Source of the DNA: an uncultured Gemmatimonadota bacterium
Lineage (GTDB): Bacteria > SM23-81
Length of the DNA: 15,686 nt
Direction: 5' to 3'
NCBI GenBank assembly: GCA_964584035.1
Contig: CAZOYL010000034.1
Coordinates: 1-15,686, forward strand
Shown: in pieces, positions 1-6,680 of the stretch
Numbering within the stretch: the first letter of the stretch is position 1
Layout of the letters: each line of letters starts with the position of its first letter
The notes under the pieces: model-generated
Databases searched by the model: none
The model's input: the letters and a program-made list of their open reading frames with translations, nothing else
Told to the model about the DNA's origin: nothing
Program-made: the position numbers and the translations under genes

Positions 1-72
1 TTGATCGACGATCAGATCGCCGGCCATACATCCGGCCAAAATATCGAAGGCGGCCGGCCGCCGGTCCGCGTC

Positions 73-972
73 TCATCCCACCACGACGGCGGCCTTCCGC
101 CCCTGATCCCGGATCACCAGGTAGACGCCGGCCAGCACCAGGGCGCCTCCCAGGAAAGTCAGGGCCGGCGGCGACTCTCCGAAGACGAAGTAGGCCAGGG
201 TGGTCGAGCCGATCGGTTCGCCCAGCAGGCTGATGCTGATGACGTAGGCCGGCAGATATCTCAGGGCCCAGTTGAACAGGGTATGTCCCAGGTGGGTGGG
301 CACCAGGGCCAGCAGGATCAGCCATAGAAATGTCTCGGCCGGATAGCCCCACATCCGGGTCCCGGTAGCCAGGCAGCCGATCCCCAGAAGCGCTGCGGCG
401 GAGCTGTAGACCAGAAAAACATAGGGCAGCAGCGGAAGCTCCCGGCGCACCCGGCGGCCGGTGACCATGTAGGCAGCCGCCAGAAACCCTCCCACCAGGG
501 CCAGCCCGTCGCCGATCAGGGACTGCCTTCCCACCTGCAGATCGCCCCCGCCGATGATGACGCTGCCCAGCAGGGCGATCGACACGGCCAGGAGCACGAT
601 TCGGGAGACCCGCTCCTTGATGGCGAAGTGCGACAGCAGGACGGCGAAGATCGACTGGGTCGAGACCAGGATCATGGAGCTGGCCACGGAGGTGTAATAC
701 AGCGAGGTCACCCAGGTGCCCATGTGCAGGCCCAGAAAAAGACCGGCCAGAAGGACCCTCATCAGCAGGGCCCGGCTCAGGCCGGCCAGCTGCGACCATC
801 CCCGCCAGGCCATGAAGGGCAGCAGCATCACGGCGGCCAGGGTCATGCGATAGAAGGCCACGGCCAGCGGCGGGGCCTGGCACATCCGGATAAAGATGGC
901 CGCGAAGGAGACGGCCGTCACTCCCAGGATCACGGCCAGCGCGGGCGGCGCCGGCGGGCTGGCTTCCCTCAT
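73..972 (-). CDS. DMT/EamA family inner-membrane transporter
   Basis: 299 aa with about 10 hydrophobic segments in two repeats. EamA-type motifs: 'VSFAAIFIR..APPLAVAFYRM', 'TSVASSMILVSTQSIF', 'GDGLALVG', 'GHTLFNWAL', 'LGEPIGSTTLAYFVFGE.P'. SD-like GAGGAG a few nt before the ATG. Confidence 0.92.
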   Translation of the reverse strand: MREASPPAPPALAVILGVTAVSFAAIFIRMCQAPPLAVAFYRMTLAAVMLLPFMAWRGWSQLAGLSRALLMRVLLAGLFLGLHMGTWVTSLYYTSVASSMILVSTQSIFAVLLSHFAIKERVSRIVLLAVSIALLGSVIIGGGDLQVGRQSLIGDGLALVGGFLAAAYMVTGRRVRRELPLLPYVFLVYSSAAALLGIGCLATGTRMWGYPAETFLWLILLALVPTHLGHTLFNWALRYLPAYVISISLLGEPIGSTTLAYFVFGESPPALTFLGGALVLAGVYLVIRDQGRKAAVVVG

Positions 973-982
973 GTCGATCTCC

Positions 983-1888
983 TCACCCCCCAGAGACCTT
1001 CTCCATAGCGGTTTTCAACCGCTCCCCGCTGAGCTCGTAAACGACCACCTCGACGGGATACTCCTGGCGAAATCCGGCCTCGGACAGGGCCGCCGCGGCC
1101 TTCTCCGGGACCATGGCGAATAACTCCTCGGCGCCTCTTCGGCCGGCGGCCGCCCGGAACCGGCGGGCCAGTGCGGCCATCTCTTGATCGCCGCCGTCGA
1201 TGAAGCCTAAGCAGTACCGGGGGCCGTGACGCTGCGGCAGAAAAAGGGCCAGAGCGGTGATGCGGCCGCCGTCACGGATCAGCAGCGCCCCCTCCTGAGC
1301 TAATACCTGCCCGACGAAATCGCGGCTCATCTCCTGGAAGGTCCAGCCCCAGGCATACAATCCTCTGCTACTTCTGAAATTCTCGGAACTCTCCAGGTAG
1401 TCCATGATCACATCGCGGTCGCCCGGACCCGCCGTTAACTCGGCCGCCATCTCCGGGGACCGCTCGCCGTCCAGCTTCTCGGAGACCATCCGCCGGCACT
1501 GGAAGATCAGCCGGAAGCCGTCCTGTTCGCCCATGTGGCGGCTGGCCCGATTGTCCGACACCGTTCCGAAGCGAACCGTCCGGGGCTCCAGACCGGCGAT
1601 AATCTCCATGGCCGTGCGGTTGATGGCCAGGGCGACGCCACGGCCGCGGGCGTCCGGATCGACCCGCAGTCCCTCCAGCCAGATCTCTCCGGGAGAGAGT
1701 ACGGTGATCTTATCGGTGCCCACCGGCCGTCCGTCCAGCTCGGCCACCAGGAAGGCGCCCCGGGGATCCTTTTGCCAGCGGTCATAGACCCGGGGAAGGT
1801 AATCCCAGCCCTCCCAGATCTTGGCGCAGAATTCAACCACCGCCGGTTTGTCGGCGGCAGCGGCCCGGCGGACGATCAATCGGTCCAT
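983..1888 (-). CDS. GNAT family N-acetyltransferase (N-terminal GNAT domain plus C-terminal extension)
   Basis: GNAT motif A 'WLEGLRVDPDARGRGVA' and motif B 'N.ASRHMGEQDGF'. Start placed at ATG 1888 (MDRLIVRRA), with AGGA 8 nt upstream. The ORF-track start at 1960 overlaps the upstream gene. Confidence 0.88.
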   Translation of the reverse strand: MDRLIVRRAAAADKPAVVEFCAKIWEGWDYLPRVYDRWQKDPRGAFLVAELDGRPVGTDKITVLSPGEIWLEGLRVDPDARGRGVALAINRTAMEIIAGLEPRTVRFGTVSDNRASRHMGEQDGFRLIFQCRRMVSEKLDGERSPEMAAELTAGPGDRDVIMDYLESSENFRSSRGLYAWGWTFQEMSRDFVGQVLAQEGALLIRDGGRITALALFLPQRHGPRYCLGFIDGGDQEMAALARRFRAAAGRRGAEELFAMVPEKAAAALSEAGFRQEYPVEVVVYELSGERLKTAMEKVSGG

Positions 1889-1938
1889 ATCAACAATCCT
1901 GTCGACATCCCCACGAAGCGTGTGACGGCCGGCTCCGG

Positions 1939-2553
1939 CTATTCGCCCAGTTTTTTCCATCCCGGCCGAATGCCCTGGCGATGTACATTCTGTTTGTATT
2001 CCCTCAGAAGCGAGAGATTCTTCCTGGCATTCCCGGCGTTGTAAATAAACTCGCCCTGGGGCATCAGCTCCGAGAGCTCACCGGGACGATCCATTCGGGC
2101 CCATTCCATCAGCGGCATCATGATGCGCCGGTAGGCATGGTCGGTCTCCGGCGTAAAAGTCACGTCGATGGCCGAAATCAGCCCGCGGCGCACCACGACG
2201 GCCCCCTGATGGTAGAACTCGCCGATATCAGCCGTCTCGATCCAGTCATTGGTCTCCTTGACCTGGCAGATGACCGTGTCCCCCAGGATCTTCATCTGGC
2301 TGAATTCCAGTTTGGTGTGGAGCGCCTGGTCGTATTCGGCCAGCTCTCGCAGCGCCTCCCGGCCCTGCAGGTCGAACAGTCCGGCCACCCGGAAACGGGC
2401 ATCTTCGGCATACAGGGACATCAACCTGTCCACATCGCCCTCATTATAGGCCTCCTGGTAAGCCTTGACAACATCGGCCGGTTGATGACCGCAGGCCAGG
2501 GTCAGGGAGATCAGGGCACTGCACATAGCGGCGATGATGGCAGCGCGTTTCAT
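1939..2553 (-). CDS. SnoaL-like/NTF2-family putative lipoprotein
   Basis: Signal peptide MKR + hydrophobic stretch + lipobox 'TLAC' (Cys21). Followed by the SnoaL-type pattern 'VVKAYQEAYNEGDVDRLMSLYAEDARF...GREALRE' and 'VVVRRGLISAI'. Strong SD AGGAGG upstream. Confidence 0.8.
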   Translation of the reverse strand: MKRAAIIAAMCSALISLTLACGHQPADVVKAYQEAYNEGDVDRLMSLYAEDARFRVAGLFDLQGREALRELAEYDQALHTKLEFSQMKILGDTVICQVKETNDWIETADIGEFYHQGAVVVRRGLISAIDVTFTPETDHAYRRIMMPLMEWARMDRPGELSELMPQGEFIYNAGNARKNLSLLREYKQNVHRQGIRPGWKKLGE

Positions 2554-2588
2554 GGATACACCTCCTCGGTTCAGGTGGTTGAAGATTG

Positions 2589-3716
2589 TCAGCCGTTCTC
2601 TTTCAGGGCAGCGGCCAGCTTCTGGTCAGCCCGGGAGAGAGCGAAGGCCTCCAGGTCGGAGATCCGCACCCACCGGAAGTCGTCACAGCCCAGAGGGCGG
2701 GGTGTTCCTTGCAGATAGGTGCAGTGGAAAGCATGCAGTGTGAAACGGAAATGGGAATAGCCGTGGTCCAGACTCATGAACGGGACATCCACCCGTATGG
2801 CGATGTCCAACTCCTCCCTGATCTCGCGGCGCAGGCACTCCTCCAGGGTCTCGCCGGACTCCTTTTTGCCTCCCGGGAACTCCCACAGACCGCCCAGGAG
2901 CTTGTCCGGCGGGCGGCGGGCGATGAGCAGCCGCCGACCCTTCCAGATGATGCCGGCAGTGACATCATAATGCGGCCTGGGCCGCCTCGGCCTTTTCCGG
3001 GGGTACCGGGTGGGGTCGCCGGCCGTGCGCCCGGCGCAGATCCTCTCCAGTGGACAGCGCCCGCACAGGGGATTGGCCGGGCGACAGACCAGAGCCCCAA
3101 GATCCATGATGGCCTGGTTGAAGGGGCCGATCTTGCCGTTCGGGACCAGCTGGCCGGCCAGCAGCGCCAGCCGTTTCCTGCCGGAAGCCGTGCGGGGATC
3201 GATGGACAATCGGAAGGTCCGGCATAACACCCTGACGGCATTGCCGTCCAGTACCGGCCAGTGACGACCATAGGCCAGGCTGGCCACTGAGGCGGCGGTG
3301 TTGTAGCCCACTCCTGGAAGGGCTCTCAGAGCGTCCGGCTCATCGGGCACCTGGCCGCCGTGCCGTTCGACGATCATCCGGGCGGCCCGGTGCAGATGGC
3401 GGGCCCGGGCGTAATAGCCCATGCCCTCCCAGGCCTTCAGGACCTGGTCCAGCGAGGCTTCGGCCAGGACATCCAGGTTTGGAAAGGTCTCCAGGAAACG
3501 GTGATAATATTCCAGGACGCGGGACACCTGAGTCTGCTGCAGCATCATCTCCGAGACCAGGATGCGATAGGGGTCCCGGGTCCGCCGCCAGGGCAGGTCC
3601 CGTCCGTGCCGGGCATACCAGGCTAACAGCCGGGGAGTAAAACGGCTCTGGGCCGGGCTCTTCTGCGGCGCCGTGCTCTTTTTCGGAACCATCATCTCTG
3701 CCGGGCTGGGGTCCAT
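2589..3716 (-). CDS. mutY: A/G-specific adenine DNA glycosylase MutY with C-terminal MutT/Nudix-like domain
   Basis: Motifs 'RDLPWR', 'SEMMLQQTQV', 'WEGMGYYARAR', HhH 'LPGVG', 'LDGNAVRVLCR', [4Fe-4S] motif C-X6-C-X2-C-X5-C (CRPANPLCGRCPLERIC), 'GGLWEFPGG' and the 'YSHF' loop. Exact start uncertain (3716, 3695 or 3692). Confidence 0.96.
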   Translation of the reverse strand: MDPSPAEMMVPKKSTAPQKSPAQSRFTPRLLAWYARHGRDLPWRRTRDPYRILVSEMMLQQTQVSRVLEYYHRFLETFPNLDVLAEASLDQVLKAWEGMGYYARARHLHRAARMIVERHGGQVPDEPDALRALPGVGYNTAASVASLAYGRHWPVLDGNAVRVLCRTFRLSIDPRTASGRKRLALLAGQLVPNGKIGPFNQAIMDLGALVCRPANPLCGRCPLERICAGRTAGDPTRYPRKRPRRPRPHYDVTAGIIWKGRRLLIARRPPDKLLGGLWEFPGGKKESGETLEECLRREIREELDIAIRVDVPFMSLDHGYSHFRFTLHAFHCTYLQGTPRPLGCDDFRWVRISDLEAFALSRADQKLAAALKENG

Positions 3717-3897
3717 GATGACCTGTTGGGGCGACCTGATAGATACGGCACATCGTTAATAAGGCATTTCACGATGGAAAAATCAAGAAGAATCATGGGG
3801 CCCGGCGATGCCGGACGCCGCTGCCAGGGTTTCGGAGCCGGCGAAATCAGGTGAAAGAAGAATCCGCGAGCTTTTTTTCCACATCGAAAAAAGTTCC

Positions 3898-3925
3898 TTG
3901 TGTCGCCGGTAAAATTGCGTATCAT
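3898..3925 (+). promoter_or_regulatory. Candidate sigma70-type promoter for the purine operon
   Basis: TTGTGT (3898-3903), 16 nt spacer, TATCAT (3920-3925), preceded by T/A tracts (3871-3892) in an AT-rich intergenic region. Prediction by eye only. Confidence 0.4.
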
Positions 3926-3950
3926 TAGGCACGGAGATTTTTAACTCTAT

Positions 3951-3965
3951 GTTCATCGAAAGTTC
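3951..3965. promoter_or_regulatory. GTTC-N7-GTTC direct repeat, candidate LexA/SOS-type operator
   Basis: GTTC-ATCGAAA-GTTC read directly from the sequence. Matches the LexA box described for Alphaproteobacteria and Acidobacteria, and lies upstream of the divergent mutY. Confidence 0.3.
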
Positions 3966-4073
3966 ACCAATTCTTAACAGAAGATGCGCTTTTTAGAGGT
4001 TTGTTCCTAAAATCTTGACCTCTCCTTCAGCAACCTTCCGCCACCAATTTTCAATCTCAAAGTTCAACGTTCA

Positions 4074-5531
4074 ATGGCATCAGGCAGCTCACAAAAACCC
4101 CTCAAAGACCTCCTGCGAGACGTCCAGATCATCGCCATCCTGTGCCATCAGTGGGGCGACACCGGCAAGGGCAAGTTCTCCGACTATTTCGCCTCCCGCT
4201 GGGCCGATGTCATCGCCCGGGGCACCGGAGGGAACAATGCCGGCCACACCGTGGTACAGGGTGGCCGGCAGCGTGTTTTTCAGTCCCTGCCGGCCGGCAT
4301 CGCTTACGACGGCCTGGGCAAGATCACCATCATGGGTCCCGGCATGGTCCTCGACCTGGAGGCGCTGAGCCGGGAGATGGACCTGCTCCGCCGGGAGGGC
4401 CTCAGCTGGGACCATCTGATGATCAGCCGCGACGCCCATGTGATCATGCCCTATCATGTGGCCCGGGACCGGGCCGCGAACCAATCCCAGAGCAACGGCG
4501 GCATTGGCTCCACCGGCAAGGGGATCGGGCCGTGTTACGCCGACAAGATCGCCCGGCGGGGCATTCGGGTGTCCGACCTGTTCGACCGCGACACCCTGGC
4601 CCGCAGGATCACCGGGGCCCTGGCCTTCTATCCCGAGCTGCCGCTGAATCCCGACGATATCCTGACACGGCTGAAACCCCTGACCGAGATGGTCAAACCC
4701 CTGGTGCGCGACACCGTGGCCGAGATCCACCGTTTCCGGGCGGAGGGGAAAAAGATCCTCCTGGAGGGAGCCCAGGGCCTGCTGTTAAGTGTCGAGCACG
4801 GAACCTATCCCTACGTCACCTCCTCCGACCCCTCGCTGAATGGAACGGCCGGCGGGGTCGGCCTGCCGGCCGGCGCCGTCGATCTTCCCCTGGGAGTGGT
4901 CAAGTTCCCTTTCATGACCCGCGTCGGCGGCGGCCCTTTCCCCACCGAGCTGGGCTCGGCCCGATCCGAGGAGTACTGCCGGGATGCGGCCAACACCGTT
5001 CAGGCCGAGCTGGAGCGGTTCGACATCCCCCACCGGATGGAGGGCGGCCGGCCGCACTACGATCACGGGAAAGAGAGGATTCGCCGGCTGATGAACGCCG
5101 ACGAGCCTTTTCAGCAGGGCATCGGCCTGCGGCTGGCGGCCGCCGAATACGGCACGGTGACCGGCCGTCCCCGGCGGATCGGATGGACCGACGCGGTGGC
5201 GGCGCGATACGCCGCCATGGTGAACGGAATCTCCCGGATCATCCTGACCAAGCCTGATGCCTGCGCCGGGCTGGACCGGTTTCGAGTGTGTTATGGATAC
5301 AAGCTGGATGAAGAGATCGGCACCGACTTCCCCCGGGACGCAGGATTGCTCAGAAAGGTCCGTCCGATCTACCGGGATTATGACGGCTATGGCGACATCG
5401 GATCGATCCGCGCCTATGGGGATCTTCCACAGAGCCTCAGGAGGGCGGTCTCGGATTTCGAGGACTTCAGCAACTGTTCCGTGGCCATCGTCTCGGTCGG
5501 GCCGGAGGCGGAACAGACCATTATCAGATGA
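4074..5531 (+). CDS. purA: Adenylosuccinate synthetase
   Basis: Motifs 'QWGDTGKGK', 'GGNNAGHT', 'IGSTGKGIGP.Y.DK..R', 'EGAQG', 'GTYPYVTSS', 'TRVGGGPFPTE', 'EYGTVTGRPRRIGW', 'TKPD', 'SVGP'. Confidence 0.97.
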   Translation: MASGSSQKPLKDLLRDVQIIAILCHQWGDTGKGKFSDYFASRWADVIARGTGGNNAGHTVVQGGRQRVFQSLPAGIAYDGLGKITIMGPGMVLDLEALSREMDLLRREGLSWDHLMISRDAHVIMPYHVARDRAANQSQSNGGIGSTGKGIGPCYADKIARRGIRVSDLFDRDTLARRITGALAFYPELPLNPDDILTRLKPLTEMVKPLVRDTVAEIHRFRAEGKKILLEGAQGLLLSVEHGTYPYVTSSDPSLNGTAGGVGLPAGAVDLPLGVVKFPFMTRVGGGPFPTELGSARSEEYCRDAANTVQAELERFDIPHRMEGGRPHYDHGKERIRRLMNADEPFQQGIGLRLAAAEYGTVTGRPRRIGWTDAVAARYAAMVNGISRIILTKPDACAGLDRFRVCYGYKLDEEIGTDFPRDAGLLRKVRPIYRDYDGYGDIGSIRAYGDLPQSLRRAVSDFEDFSNCSVAIVSVGPEAEQTIIR

Positions 5532-5543
5532 GTTGAGCAGAAT

Positions 5544-6644
5544 ATGACGAGAGCCGAGCTGATCAGAAAAACGGTCGCCCAGAATCTCTCCCGGGCCAGG
5601 CTGAGCGCCGAGCTGCCCGGACTGGAGGGCGGCCGGCGGGGCAAGGTCCGCCACGTCTATCGGGTCTCGGGCAAAGACGGGATGCCGCTGGTGATCATCT
5701 CCACATCCGATCGGGTCTCGGTCTTCGACGTGGTCCAGGACCGGGCCGTGCCCTACAAGGGCGCCGTGCTCAACGCCATCTCGCGGTGGGCCTTCGAGCA
5801 CACGGCCGACATCGCTTTCAATGCCTTGCTGGGCTCGGCCGGCCCCCATATCCTGATTCAGCGGGAGTTGGCCAATATCGGCGTCGAGTGCGTCGTCCGG
5901 GGCTACCTTTGGGGCAGCCTGGCAAGCGACTACGAACAGGGCCTGCGAACCAAGTGCGGCCTGATCCTGAAGGATGGCCTGCGGCGGTACCAAAAGCTGG
6001 ACGAGCTCCTCTTCACGCCCACGACCAAGGCCGACCGGGGACATGACGAGGACATCTCCATGGAGGACATGGCCGGCTTAATGGAGGAAAAGCTGGGCCA
6101 CATCGGACTGCGCATCAACGGCCCCAGGACCGCCGGGCAGGTTCGGGATCTCTCCTTTCGTCTGTACAACCGCGGCCGGCGGCTGGCCGAACGGGCCGGC
6201 TTGATTCTGGTGGACACGAAATACGAATTTGGTCTTGACCTGAATGGAAAGCTGTACGTAATTGATGAGATTCACACCCCCGACTCCTCCCGCTATGTGG
6301 AGCGCGCTCAGTGGGAGAAACAATGGCCCCTGATTCGAGAACAGATGTCCACCGGCCGCTGGCGGAACGTGGACCGGCTGCTCCGGGAGCGGCCCGATCT
6401 GAAGATCCCCGAGCTCTCCAAACAATTGGTCCGGGATGTGCTCCTGGCCAGGGGCTATGATCCCCGGACCGACGCCGGTCCCGGCCTGCGGGACGGCGAC
6501 ATCGTCGAGACGGCAGCGCGATACATCGAGCTCTACGAGCGCCTGACCGGTCGCGAGTTCGATTTCAGCCTGGAATATTCCGATCAACTCGATCTCAACT
6601 CCGTCATCGAAAATTTTTCCCGACCCCTCCTGTTCGAATCATGA
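5544..6644 (+). CDS. purC: SAICAR synthetase (long form)
   Basis: Motifs 'GKVRHVY', 'SDRVSVFD', 'VPYKGAVLN', 'VECVVRGYLWGS', 'FTPTTKA..GHDEDIS', 'LVDTKYEFG', 'IDEIHTPDSSRY', 'LSKQLVRD'. Confidence 0.95.
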   Translation: MTRAELIRKTVAQNLSRARLSAELPGLEGGRRGKVRHVYRVSGKDGMPLVIISTSDRVSVFDVVQDRAVPYKGAVLNAISRWAFEHTADIAFNALLGSAGPHILIQRELANIGVECVVRGYLWGSLASDYEQGLRTKCGLILKDGLRRYQKLDELLFTPTTKADRGHDEDISMEDMAGLMEEKLGHIGLRINGPRTAGQVRDLSFRLYNRGRRLAERAGLILVDTKYEFGLDLNGKLYVIDEIHTPDSSRYVERAQWEKQWPLIREQMSTGRWRNVDRLLRERPDLKIPELSKQLVRDVLLARGYDPRTDAGPGLRDGDIVETAARYIELYERLTGREFDFSLEYSDQLDLNSVIENFSRPLLFES

Positions 6645-6680
6645 CCCCATCAGCGGGGCCACCATAGGCGGGCTGGCGTC

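Noticed and set aside
1..27. Possible start of a further minus-strand gene (MAGDLIVDQ...)
   Set aside because: Only 9 codons are visible at the window edge and the SD is weak, so it cannot be supported.
3692..3925. 77-aa minus-strand ORF in the intergenic region
   Set aside because: No SD, atypical composition, overlaps the mutY start and the predicted promoter region.
3717..4073. Known purine, ZMP/ZTP (pfl) or PRPP/ppGpp riboswitch; E. coli-type PurR box
   Set aside because: None of their conserved sequence blocks could be found by eye. An Rfam scan would be decisive.
4953..5117. Intein in PurA
   Set aside because: Too short, and lacks the N-terminal Cys/Ser and C-terminal His-Asn splice motifs.
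4074..5531. PurZ / Z-genome (2-aminoadenine) biosynthesis system
   Set aside because: The catalytic Asp and GTP-specificity motifs are PurA-like, no datZ, mazZ or phage genes are present, and the context is a cellular purine operon.
6645..6659. Small GC hairpin (CCCC-ATCAGC-GGGG) after purC as a terminator
   Set aside because: Only a 4-bp stem with no U-tract, and guaA starts about 20 nt later.
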